From: a virus
Strand: one strand, 5' to 3'
DNA length: 64,000 nt
IMG/VR virus record: IMGVR_UViG_3300042402_003388
Coordinates: 36,551 to 100,550 of that record
Part shown: positions 24,529 to 34,286 of the stretch, piece by piece
How positions within the stretch are numbered: the first letter of the stretch is position 1
Layout of the letters: every line of letters starts with the position of its first letter
Notes under the pieces: generated by a model
Databases searched by the model: none
What the model was told of the DNA's origin: nothing
What the model saw: the letters and a program-made list of their open reading frames with translations, nothing else
Program-made: the position numbers and the translations under genes

Positions 24529-24649
24529 TGTCTGATTTTTGTTTTTAGTTAAGATTTATTGTTTAAATTAGAATATAAATATAGTTTATTAATTTAAATT
24601 TGTCAATGGGTTAAAAAATAAGGGACGATTAAATCCCTTATTTTTTTAA

Positions 24650-25035
24650 TGGTGGAGATGGAGAGATTCGAACTCTCGTCTTGTTCACTTTACATATAAG
24701 TGACTACACGTTTAGGTCAACATTTTCTAATGTTCCGAAATTCACAATTCCCTTATTTTATAGTGGTTCGGTTTACTGAGAACTAATCCTCCACTTGTTT
24801 CTTTTCAGATAGAAACCACACCTATAAAGACTTCTGTTCCTAGGTTATAAGTCCGCCGACCCGAATGTTTTTGTGCTTACGCTACAGAAACAAGCTCATC
24901 TTGTTTAACAAGACCTAATAGAGCCATTTTGTCTAAAACGTTGCCGTTTACAGTTTTGAATCAGTTTTTACGGAATTAATTCAGTTCCGACGTGCCACCG
25001 ATACGCAACAATGCCAATCGATTCCATTCATCCCC
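24650..25035 (-). ncRNA. ssrA: tmRNA; tag GNVLDKMALLGLVKQDELVSVA (24945-24877)
   Basis: 5' GGGGATG, 3' GAGAGTTCGAATCTCTCCATCTCCACCA, G3:U pair, TAAAC-GGC resume site; promoter and boxA upstream, terminator 24613-24647. Confidence 0.93.
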
Positions 25036-25119
25036 ATATTTTCAAAGAACATTACAAAGATACGATTTGTTTTTTAAATATCCAAATGTTCGTTGTATTT
25101 ATTGTTAAAGTAAATATAG

Positions 25120-26148
25120 ATGAAAATACTAAAAGAGTCAAACCCTGATTGGTTATATATGCAATTACATATGTTTAAGAGGGGATTAATTGATGGTAAA
25201 GGGTTAAACGATGAGTTAATATTCAATGTTAGAGATAACGGAATTATAACTTTGAAGTTTGATAATGACGAACAATATTTTAGATTGTTTGACCTATCAG
25301 ATGATGATATTTGGTTTTTAAATAATTTATACTCATCATATGGAAACTTAGAATTGTTTGACAGTTATAGAGCCGAGGAAGATTGGAACGAAGGGTACGT
25401 TTTCCCTTATTTTAATGACGAGAATAAAGAATTAATGGAGGAGATTAAAAGATTAATTGCTCCAAATCTAAACTTACAGGATGATGGTCAGGCGGTAGAA
25501 TTTTGTAGATTACTCAATGACTTATTTAGTAAAAGAGTTGATTACATTATTGGTGATTATGAGGTTGAGATGGACTCAGGGATGAAGAACTCTATGGAAA
25601 AGGAAATCACTAATGAATTGTGTGACATTTTTTTAGAAAACGGTATTCATAATACTCAAGGGTGTTTTTATAAGTATATGACAACTGTTGACGCCATAAT
25701 TAAATTGTATGATAAGTATGGTGATAAAAATAGTGATTTATTAACGTTATTAGGTAAGGTCGGTCACGATAAATCGGTTGACGGTGATTATTGGAGTAAT
25801 ATGTACGAATATATGGGTACTAATGAATTTGATTCCGAATCGTTTAATAGAAGTACAAAATACCAATTAGAGTCTATCATATCCGATATGGAGGATGATG
25901 ATAAATTTACTAATTTAGATGAGTATAAAAAAATTGTATCACAAATCACTAAAAAATTCAAGTATAATGTTTGGTACGGTAGACCAAAAGATGAAAATAA
26001 AATGATGTTCAAAGTCATAAGAATAAATCCTGAAAACAATAAAATTGAAATTGAATATAAGAAAAAAGGTACTATGGATTTTAATAGAGGAAATTACGAT
26101 TTAGAACAATTTAATAATTTTTTATATCATCCAGAGTTGTTTGATTAA
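25120..26148 (+). CDS. hypothetical protein
   Basis: 342-aa ORF. Confidence 0.75.
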   Translation: MKILKESNPDWLYMQLHMFKRGLIDGKGLNDELIFNVRDNGIITLKFDNDEQYFRLFDLSDDDIWFLNNLYSSYGNLELFDSYRAEEDWNEGYVFPYFNDENKELMEEIKRLIAPNLNLQDDGQAVEFCRLLNDLFSKRVDYIIGDYEVEMDSGMKNSMEKEITNELCDIFLENGIHNTQGCFYKYMTTVDAIIKLYDKYGDKNSDLLTLLGKVGHDKSVDGDYWSNMYEYMGTNEFDSESFNRSTKYQLESIISDMEDDDKFTNLDEYKKIVSQITKKFKYNVWYGRPKDENKMMFKVIRINPENNKIEIEYKKKGTMDFNRGNYDLEQFNNFLYHPELFD

Positions 26149-26186
26149 ATTATTTTACTTATCTTTGTGTCTAATATACTAAAATT

Positions 26187-27017
26187 ATGGCAAGAGATTT
26201 GCAGTTACTTAAGGAGGTACTTTCAGTTCCTACCTACACATATCAAGAAGATTTAATGGTTCAATTTATTGTTGATTGGTTGAAGTCTAATAATATTGAA
26301 CACTACGTTGATGAACATTTAAATGTTTATGCGATAAAACAAACAGGTGAACTACCTGAAGACTTTATGTTCCCTTGCGTTGTTGCACATACAGACACTG
26401 TTCACAAGTTAGACACTATTAACGTTAGAGAAGAAATGTTACCTAATTCTAATGGTGATTTAAAACTTTCGTTAAAAGCGTATAATGATAATGGATTACC
26501 AACAGGGATAGGTGGGGATGATAAATGTGGTGTATTTGCCTGTTTTGAATTATTAAAAGAACTTCCAAATCTTAAAGCCGCGTTTTTTGTATCTGAAGAA
26601 ACAGGTTGTCACGGTTCAAAAATGGCGGACCCAAGTTTTTTTACTAACGTTGGATACGCAATTCAATTCGACGCACCTGAAAATTGGATGGTAACTGAAA
26701 CTTGTTATGGTGCAAGATTATTTGACAGGGAGGGTGAATTCTTTGAGAAATGTAACAAAGTCATTACTGAAAGTATGAATGAGAAACGTGAATATATGAT
26801 ACACCCATACACAGACGTTTACGCATTAAAGACTAAGTTTGATTTCTCCTGTATTAACTTCTCAATTGGATATTATCGATACCATACTAATCAAGAATAT
26901 GTTGTTGTCGAGGATACTTTTAACGGTATTGAAATGGGTAAACAAATGATAGAGTTATTAGGTTATAAAAAATATACCCACGAACCCCAAAAATCATCAA
27001 CATTTAGATATTGGTAA
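26187..27017 (+). CDS. M20/M28-family zinc peptidase
   Basis: AHTDTVH, GGDDKCG, EETGC, YH. Confidence 0.85.
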   Translation: MARDLQLLKEVLSVPTYTYQEDLMVQFIVDWLKSNNIEHYVDEHLNVYAIKQTGELPEDFMFPCVVAHTDTVHKLDTINVREEMLPNSNGDLKLSLKAYNDNGLPTGIGGDDKCGVFACFELLKELPNLKAAFFVSEETGCHGSKMADPSFFTNVGYAIQFDAPENWMVTETCYGARLFDREGEFFEKCNKVITESMNEKREYMIHPYTDVYALKTKFDFSCINFSIGYYRYHTNQEYVVVEDTFNGIEMGKQMIELLGYKKYTHEPQKSSTFRYW

Positions 27018-27070
27018 AATAAACCCCTTCAGAAACGGAGGGGTTTTTTATTTTAAGTCTATTTATTAGT

Positions 27071-27289
27071 ATGAAGTATTTTATACGATATACACTTTCT
27101 TGGGTTTCTCAAAATTTATCAATACCATTTTGGGTTGTTGGACATATTCATTTAACTATGAACATATATGACGACATTTATGAAATATTGGCATCTTTAG
27201 GAATGAATATTATCGTTGGGTTAGGGTTTTATTTAGATTATATTGATTATCAAAAAGATAAAATAAAGAATAAAAAAAAGGGGTTTTAA
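27071..27289 (+). CDS. small membrane protein
   Basis: Hydrophobic 72-aa ORF between two terminators (27021-27049, 27272-27300). Confidence 0.65.
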   Translation: MKYFIRYTLSWVSQNLSIPFWVVGHIHLTMNIYDDIYEILASLGMNIIVGLGFYLDYIDYQKDKIKNKKKGF

Positions 27290-29310
27290 ACCCCTTTTTT
27301 CTTTTTAGTTTGTACTGTTACATTTTCCCCATCCTCGGTAATAAGAACATATTTAACCTCTTCTTTAAGATTACCTTTAAGAACCTCCTCAGAGATATAA
27401 TCTTCGACTTTATCCTGAATTGCTCTCTTCAAAGGACGAGCCCCATACATTTCATCAAAACCTACTTTAGAAATCATTTTTGAGATTGATTCGTCAAAAG
27501 TGATTTGATATTTCATATTATCTAAACGAACTTTTAATTTATCTAACTCAATTGCCACAATCTTATCCACATCATTCTGACCAAGACTATTAAAGATAAT
27601 TGTATCGTCAATACGGTTTAAGAACTCAGGTGAGAAAAATTTCTTTAACTCCTTCTGTAGAGTTTGTTTTCTTAATTCTTCATTAACGAATGCGTTATTA
27701 GAATTAGAGAACCCAACACCATTACCAAAGTCTTGTAGTTTTTTAACCCCCAAGTTAGATGTCATAATGATGATACAATTTTTGAAGTTAATCTTACGAC
27801 CTAATCCATCGGTCATATGACCATCATCTAACATTTGTAGTAAAGATGAAAAGATATCTTTGTTCGCTTTCTCAATTTCATCAAACAAGATTACAGAGTA
27901 AGGTTTGTTTTTAACTTGTTCAGTTAATTGGCCACCCTCATCGTACCCAACGTATCCTGGAGGGGCCCCAATCAAACGAGATACTGTGTGTTTCTCTTGA
28001 TACTCGGACATATCTACACGAATTAACGAATCCTCACTACCAAAAACTTCTTTCGCCAATTGTTTAGCTAAGTAAGTTTTACCGACACCTGTAGAACCCA
28101 AGAAAATGAATGAACCGATAGGACGATTTGGGTCTTTAATTCCCAAACGATTTCTACGGATTGATTTGGCAATACGTTTAACCGCTTCTTCCTGCCCGAT
28201 AACTTTGTTATTTAAAGTTTTATCTAAATCAACCAAAGCTTTAGTATCGTCAGCATTTAACTTACTAACAGGAATTTTAGTCATATTTGAGACTACATCA
28301 TAAACTAACTCTAAAGACACTTCTTTACGTTTAGTTGTTAGGTCTTGCTCAAATTTTTTCTTCTCATCATCAAGTTTAGCCAAAACTTTTCTTTCCTTAT
28401 CTCTAAGTTCCGCAGCCTCTTCGTATCGTTGGTTTTTTACCACTTCAACCTTTTGATTTTTAATCTCCTGAGCCTTAACCTTCAACTCTTCAATGATTTC
28501 AGGTAATTTCATATCAACCTGACTACGAGCCCCAACCTCATCAAGAATGTCGATTGCTTTATCAGGGAATTCTCTATCTGTGATATAACGTTCCGCTAAA
28601 GTTACACAAGTCTCAAGAACTTCATCACTAAAGGATACTTTATGGAATCCCTCATACTTGTCTTTAAGATTTTTAAGAATAACTAAAGTTTCTTCTTTAG
28701 TTGCCCCATCGACAATTACTTTTTGAAAACGACGTTCTAACGCCCCATCCTTCTCAAAGTTTTTACGATATTCGTCTAATGTGGTAGCTCCGATACATTG
28801 GATTTCACCACGAGCAAGTGCTGGTTTAAAGATATTTGATGCGTCTAATGAACCTGAAGAATTACCCGCCCCAACTATTGTATGAATTTCATCAATAAAA
28901 ATGATAATATCAGGGTTAGCTTGAAGTTCTTCAATAAGAACCTTCATTCTTTCTTCAAATTGTCCACGGTATTTAGTACCAGCAACAATTGAAGTCATAT
29001 CTAATGAAAGAATTCTTTTGTCTGCCAAATTTCTTGGGCAATCTCCTTCATAGATTTTCATTGCCAAACCTTCAACAATTGCGGTTTTACCACAACCAGG
29101 TTCCCCAATGATAATTGGATTATTTTTCTTTCTACGGGAAAGTATTTGAGCGATACGTAAGATTTCTTTTTCTCTACCAACCACAGGGTCTAATTTACCT
29201 TGTTCTGCAAGTTTAATCAAATCACGACTAAAATTGTCTAATGCGGGTGTTGATGAGTCAGAAGGTCGTTTGTTCTCTTTTCTGTTGTCATTGTCCATTG
29301 ATTCTATCAT
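27286..29310 (-). CDS. clpC: ClpC-type AAA+ unfoldase lacking the N-terminal domain
   Basis: GEPGCGKT and GSTGVGKT Walker A, UVR M-domain [12 protein letters not shown] ClpP-docking loop. Confidence 0.92.
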   Translation of the reverse strand: MIESMDNDNRKENKRPSDSSTPALDNFSRDLIKLAEQGKLDPVVGREKEILRIAQILSRRKKNNPIIIGEPGCGKTAIVEGLAMKIYEGDCPRNLADKRILSLDMTSIVAGTKYRGQFEERMKVLIEELQANPDIIIFIDEIHTIVGAGNSSGSLDASNIFKPALARGEIQCIGATTLDEYRKNFEKDGALERRFQKVIVDGATKEETLVILKNLKDKYEGFHKVSFSDEVLETCVTLAERYITDREFPDKAIDILDEVGARSQVDMKLPEIIEELKVKAQEIKNQKVEVVKNQRYEEAAELRDKERKVLAKLDDEKKKFEQDLTTKRKEVSLELVYDVVSNMTKIPVSKLNADDTKALVDLDKTLNNKVIGQEEAVKRIAKSIRRNRLGIKDPNRPIGSFIFLGSTGVGKTYLAKQLAKEVFGSEDSLIRVDMSEYQEKHTVSRLIGAPPGYVGYDEGGQLTEQVKNKPYSVILFDEIEKANKDIFSSLLQMLDDGHMTDGLGRKINFKNCIIIMTSNLGVKKLQDFGNGVGFSNSNNAFVNEELRKQTLQKELKKFFSPEFLNRIDDTIIFNSLGQNDVDKIVAIELDKLKVRLDNMKYQITFDESISKMISKVGFDEMYGARPLKRAIQDKVEDYISEEVLKGNLKEEVKYVLITEDGENVTVQTKKKKGV

Positions 29311-29356
29311 ATTGTTTTATTTTTTTACAAAGGTACAAAAATTATTCTAAAAATCC

Positions 29357-29433
29357 AATATTGTCATAATGTCAGGTGATAATATTTATATATGACATTA
29401 TGTCACATAAGGGTATTGACTTATGACAATATT
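29357..29433. promoter_or_regulatory. operator-like inverted repeats in divergent clpC/UVR intergenic region
   Basis: AATATTGTCATAA / TTATGACAATATT flanking TGACA-TTA-TGTCA. Confidence 0.6.
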
Positions 29434-29512
29434 TCTTTTATTATTGTTACGGTACAAATTTAGATAGAATAATTGAAAATAAAAAATAAATTTAAAACAA
29501 AATTTTAAAACT

Positions 29513-29959
29513 ATGATTTTCGGAAGAAGAAAAAACAATTTTAACGACTTATTTAATGAATTTGATTCAATGTTTAGTCAATTCGATTCAATTTTTGGTG
29601 GCCTACCAAATAAAAGTGAGGTTGAGAAGGGAACCGATGAATTAGGTAATTGGACAAAAGAGACTTTTATTTCTGATGATGGTTCAGTACACGTCACAAG
29701 TTTTATTAGAACAAGTGGTAGTGGTAATGTAAAATCAAACGACAATTCGGTGATTAACGATTTAAAAAGAAAACTTAAATCTGCGGTTGAATCTGAAAAA
29801 TTTGAGGATGCGGTTAAACTTAGAGACCAAATTAAAAAATACGAGTCTAATCAAGAGGAGATTTCTAAATTAGAACTAGAACTTAAAAAATCTATAAACA
29901 CTCAAGATTTTGAAAAGTCGATTGAATTAAGAGATAAGTTGAAGAAATTAAAATCGTAA
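29513..29959 (+). CDS. UvrB/UvrC (UVR) coiled-coil repeat protein, candidate ClpC adaptor
   Basis: AVESEKFEDAVKLRDQI and SINTQDFEKSIELRDKL. Confidence 0.8.
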   Translation: MIFGRRKNNFNDLFNEFDSMFSQFDSIFGGLPNKSEVEKGTDELGNWTKETFISDDGSVHVTSFIRTSGSGNVKSNDNSVINDLKRKLKSAVESEKFEDAVKLRDQIKKYESNQEEISKLELELKKSINTQDFEKSIELRDKLKKLKS

Positions 29960-30004
29960 AACAAACCCCCCAATTAACGGGGGTTTTTTATTTTTAATAT
30001 ATTT

Positions 30005-30310
30005 ATGTCTATGAGACCTTTTGAGAAATATATTAAACAACTTGATGCGGATAAGGAACTACAATCAATATATCGTAAATTACGTCGTTGCTTTAAAAGA
30101 GAAGGATGGTCAGAGGAAGATTTAGTTAAACCTCCTTACTATCCGCAAGATATAATGAAGTACTATCAAGATTTTAGTAGTGAACATTCAAGATTATTCA
30201 ATGAGGTTAGAATGTATTTTGATATTGACCATAATGAGTTTATTGATTATCTTAAAAAAGAGATGAAACACATTGATGAAGAAACTCCACTAAATACTCC
30301 AAATGATTAA
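30005..30310 (+). CDS. hypothetical protein
   Basis: 101-aa ORF. Confidence 0.7.
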   Translation: MSMRPFEKYIKQLDADKELQSIYRKLRRCFKREGWSEEDLVKPPYYPQDIMKYYQDFSSEHSRLFNEVRMYFDIDHNEFIDYLKKEMKHIDEETPLNTPND

Positions 30311-30557
30311 TGATATGGGAATCAAAAAAGAAACAATATTAGGTACTAAAATTATTAACGAAATAGACTCGACGAATTTGGTTAAAACCGAGTACGATAC
30401 GGAAACAAGTAAACTTGTTGTTGAGTTTAAAAATGGGACTAAATATGAGTATGATGATGTCACTCATAAAACTTACACCCAATTTAGAATGGCCGAATCC
30501 CAAGGTAAATTCTTTAATACAAATATTTCTAAGGTTCATAAATACAAAAAGGTTTAA
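30303..30557 (+). CDS. KTSC domain protein
   Basis: STNL...YD...LVVEFKNG..YEY..V...AESQGKFFN. Confidence 0.88.
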   Translation: MINDMGIKKETILGTKIINEIDSTNLVKTEYDTETSKLVVEFKNGTKYEYDDVTHKTYTQFRMAESQGKFFNTNISKVHKYKKV

Positions 30558-30587
30558 CAAAGTTAACTTTTTAAGTATTTATGTATA

Positions 30588-31349
30588 ATGGGACAACAAT
30601 CTGAAATTTTAAAAAGTTTTTCATTACAGGATGAATTGAATCCTGATGTTTGGTATTTCCCTAATGGAAAGGTTGAAACTATGAAACCTGAAATTAGAGA
30701 AAGACTATTGGAGATTGCTTATGAATTTATAGAATTCTTAGACGTTCCCGTATTTGTTGGTGACATAATTTTAACAGGGTCTCTTTCTAATTATAATTGG
30801 TCTAAATTTTCAGACTTTGATTTGCATTTGTTAATCGACTTCGACCAATTTCCAAAGGAATCTGTTGAATTGTATCAAAAACTCTTTAATCTTAAAAAGA
30901 TGTTGTTCAACAACACTCACGATATTACTATAAAAAAATATGAAGTCGAATTATATGCACAGGATGAGAAGGAACCTCACGAGAGTACTGGAGTTTATTC
31001 AGTATTATTTGACGAGTGGGTTAAGAAACCAAAAAAAGAAGACGTTAGTATTAACATTGATGAGATTAAACATAAATCAGAACAATGGATGGAAATTATT
31101 GACGGTGTAATTGAAAACGCTGGCGATGAAGAATTGGAAGACGCTAAAGAATTAATCAAAAAATATAAAGAAAAAATAAAGAAATTTAGACAGTGTGGTT
31201 TAGAGAAAGGTGGAGAGTATTCTAATGAAAACTTGGTATTTAAGGTATTAAGACGAAATGGATATATTGAAAAACTTTATGATTTTGAAAATAAACTAAC
31301 AGATGAAAGACTATCATTACAAGAGAAGATTAACAAATCTTTGAAATAA
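30588..31349 (+). CDS. DNA polymerase beta-superfamily nucleotidyltransferase
   Basis: LTGSLSNYNWSKFSDFDLH. Confidence 0.75.
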   Translation: MGQQSEILKSFSLQDELNPDVWYFPNGKVETMKPEIRERLLEIAYEFIEFLDVPVFVGDIILTGSLSNYNWSKFSDFDLHLLIDFDQFPKESVELYQKLFNLKKMLFNNTHDITIKKYEVELYAQDEKEPHESTGVYSVLFDEWVKKPKKEDVSINIDEIKHKSEQWMEIIDGVIENAGDEELEDAKELIKKYKEKIKKFRQCGLEKGGEYSNENLVFKVLRRNGYIEKLYDFENKLTDERLSLQEKINKSLK

Positions 31350-31385
31350 TGGTTAGTTTGATATATTTATAGATAAAAAAATACT

Positions 31386-31568
31386 ATGGCAACAACATAT
31401 AGCGCTGGAACATTTACGTCCGAAATTTGTGTAGTGTGTGACACTGACCAAGGGACTACTGCAACTTACGTTGACACCCCACATCCAACATACACTAATG
31501 GTGCTGGTGATGCGGTTGTACAATTACAAATGGTTACATTAGGGGGACCTAATGGGTTAAACAGTTAA
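31386..31568 (+). CDS. small hypothetical late protein
   Basis: 60-aa ORF after TATTTAT motif. Confidence 0.65.
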   Translation: MATTYSAGTFTSEICVVCDTDQGTTATYVDTPHPTYTNGAGDAVVQLQMVTLGGPNGLNS

Positions 31569-31598
31569 TAAATTAAAAAAAGTTAAAATAAAAATAAA

Positions 31599-32984
31599 AT
31601 GGCAGATTTAAAACCACTAGGAAGTGAAAAACTTCAAGGTATGGAAAAAATACAAAGGATTCTTGAAATCGCAAGATTTAACGAGAGTACCCCATCCCGA
31701 ATTAATGAAACGTCTAAAAACGAATATAGCCTTCAACTTGCTGACGGTAATGAATACCAAATTGTTAGAGAAAAAACAGGTTATATTATTAAACAAACTA
31801 TTTCTGAATCAGAGGTTGACTATATTGCACCAATGAGAGAAAGAAAATATTATGATTCATATTCTCAAGCGTTAAAAAGATTAAATTTAATGGCTAAAGA
31901 GATGAATGAATTATATGGTAATGATGAAGGTACATCATTATTTTCGGAACAAAAAAGATTTACATTAAAAACTCCGAAATCAGAAAAAAAAAATTCTAAT
32001 CCTACCGACGAGGTAGAAAATGTACCATTACCTCCTGCACCACCCGCGGCTCCTTCAGGGGATGTCCCACCTCCACCACCTGCACCAACTGATGATATGG
32101 GAGATGTCCCACCTCCACCACCTGCACCGACTGATGATATGGGTACAGATGATATGGGTACAGATGATATGGGCACTGATGATATGGAAATGGGAGATAT
32201 GGAAGGTAATGAGGAAAACGACGAAATCGTAACTTTCAAAACAATACAAAAACTTACAGGTAAACTAGGTCAAAAATTAAGAACGTTAAATTCATCTGAA
32301 GATGATGAAGAATCTATGTCATCAAAAGACATTAAGTACGTTATTAATTCTATATTGTCTGCGTTAGATTTGGAAAAATTAGATGAAGATGATATGGAAG
32401 ATATCCTTAACAAATTAGAAGGGGCTGAAGAAGAATTTAACCCTGAAGAAAAATTTGGTAATGATGATGAAGAGGAAAATGATGAAGATAATTTTGGAGA
32501 AGAGTTACCAAACACTGATGACGAAGAACCTATTGGATTTGGGGAAATGAGTGAAGAAAACGCTTGGGCTGAGTTAGGTAACGATATTGCTCAAACAACT
32601 GCGTTAAAGGCCACAGGTGCAAGGTTTGGTTCTGATGGTGGTGAAATGAGTGAAGATTCTAAACACTTAAATAATATCGCAACTTCAATGTTTGAATCTA
32701 AAATTGAAGATACTTTAATGAAGTATTTCAACATCACTGAAAGTGAAAAAAAATTCAACAAAACAATTAACGAAGAAAGAAAAGTAAAAACTAAAATTAC
32801 TTTATCTGAGTTGAATGGTGAAATTAAAAGATTATCTGAATCTGTACAACAAGAGGTGAGTGCTAAAAAATTCTTAAAAGAAAATGTTAACGCAAAACTT
32901 GTTGGTAAAACAAATAAGAAAAATTTAGTATTTGAATTAGGATATAAACAATATAAAATATCACCTAAAGGTAGTCTTATATGA
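31599..32984 (+). CDS. acidic, Pro-rich head-assembly/internal protein
   Basis: Position before terminase; DVPPPPPAPTDDMG and TDDMG repeats. Confidence 0.7.
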   Translation: MADLKPLGSEKLQGMEKIQRILEIARFNESTPSRINETSKNEYSLQLADGNEYQIVREKTGYIIKQTISESEVDYIAPMRERKYYDSYSQALKRLNLMAKEMNELYGNDEGTSLFSEQKRFTLKTPKSEKKNSNPTDEVENVPLPPAPPAAPSGDVPPPPPAPTDDMGDVPPPPPAPTDDMGTDDMGTDDMGTDDMEMGDMEGNEENDEIVTFKTIQKLTGKLGQKLRTLNSSEDDEESMSSKDIKYVINSILSALDLEKLDEDDMEDILNKLEGAEEEFNPEEKFGNDDEEENDEDNFGEELPNTDDEEPIGFGEMSEENAWAELGNDIAQTTALKATGARFGSDGGEMSEDSKHLNNIATSMFESKIEDTLMKYFNITESEKKFNKTINEERKVKTKITLSELNGEIKRLSESVQQEVSAKKFLKENVNAKLVGKTNKKNLVFELGYKQYKISPKGSLI

Positions 32985-33391
32985 GTTATTTAGTCTTTAT
33001 AAACGGATTAGGTCCTAATTATAAAGGGGATAATATGTATGAGTTTATCTTTTCTGATGATAAGACTGATATTTGGGACGATAGTTGGGAGGCAAAGCCT
33101 TCCAACGGTTATCCTAAACCACCAGAACTTGATTACATAAAGAAAGTCGGAGTACTGAAAAATACCTCAATAGAGTTAGAATTAATACAGAACTCTGATT
33201 TTTTTAGTTTTATGGATTGTATGGATGGTGTAATTGCCTTAGGTTGGGAAAAAGAAAATGATAATATTGATTTTACAATTACTAAAAGATTGGTATTTAA
33301 TTTTGGCGAAACCGAACAAGAAGTTAAAAATAAATTATACGAACGAGATGTCGTTCTTGAATTTGAAAAAAAAGTAGTATATGAAAACTAA
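32981..33391 (+). CDS. hypothetical protein
   Basis: 136-aa ORF, ATGA overlap. Confidence 0.75.
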   Translation: MSYLVFINGLGPNYKGDNMYEFIFSDDKTDIWDDSWEAKPSNGYPKPPELDYIKKVGVLKNTSIELELIQNSDFFSFMDCMDGVIALGWEKENDNIDFTITKRLVFNFGETEQEVKNKLYERDVVLEFEKKVVYEN

Positions 33392-34286
33392 CAAATACTC
33401 AAAATTGATAGATTTTGGTTTTAGTCCAAAAACCCTAATGACTTTAAGTGAGTCAGAAATCAACACATTACATAGAAACCTTGTAGAAGGTAAAAAGAAC
33501 GAAACTAAAGAAGCTCAAACAGTTCAGACTAGTATTACGAAATACAGTGCTAGTGAAGTCCAAGACGCTAAGAGTAAGGGTGAATCAATCCCTGGTGGTA
33601 GAGCGGTTAAAATGAACCCTGATGGTAGTATGGACGTGACTAATGAAGGTGAAATGTCGGAAGGTAAAAAGAAGAAAAAGAATAAGATTAATCCATTTGC
33701 AATCTGTACTTCTCAATTAGGTAATGAGTTTGGTACTACTGAAAGACATATGTGGAATTCAAAACAGAATAACAAATATGAAAGATGTGTTAAAGCGATT
33801 AAACAATCAATGAATGAAGGAAAAGATATTACTTCTGTGATTTTAGAAAATAAAATCCTATATTTGCTTGAGAAACACTCAAACGCTAAAATGAATAAAG
33901 GAGATTTAATGGATTTAATAACTAAAAAAACACTTAACAAACCTATTGGTACTTTAGGTTCTATTGACGTTAAAGAGAATAACACAAAAGAGGCTCCTGT
34001 AAAGACACCTGTTAAAACTCCAACAAAACCTGATAAAGGTAACCCTTACAAACCTAAAACGTCGCCAGCACCTAAAGCTAAAAAATCTGAGACTAAAGAG
34101 TCTATGGTTGCTAATGCACCTGCACCGACTAAACCAACAACAAAACCTGGAACTAAAACTCCACCAAAACCAGATAAGGGAAGTCCTTATAAACCTAAAA
34201 CATCACCAAATCCTAAGGCGAGAACTAATAAAGAATTACCGTCTTGGATGTCATTTGATAATATTGGAATTAAATTAAAAAAATAA
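33381..34286 (+). CDS. hypothetical protein with Pro/Lys repeats
   Basis: KPDKGxPYKPKTSP x2. Confidence 0.75.
   Translation: MKTNKYSKLIDFGFSPKTLMTLSESEINTLHRNLVEGKKNETKEAQTVQTSITKYSASEVQDAKSKGESIPGGRAVKMNPDGSMDVTNEGEMSEGKKKKKNKINPFAICTSQLGNEFGTTERHMWNSKQNNKYERCVKAIKQSMNEGKDITSVILENKILYLLEKHSNAKMNKGDLMDLITKKTLNKPIGTLGSIDVKENNTKEAPVKTPVKTPTKPDKGNPYKPKTSPAPKAKKSETKESMVANAPAPTKPTTKPGTKTPPKPDKGSPYKPKTSPNPKARTNKELPSWMSFDNIGIKLKK

Noticed and set aside
24332-24535. Plus-strand 67-aa ORF
   Set aside because: Antisense to a convincing lipoprotein gene with lipobox and upstream motif
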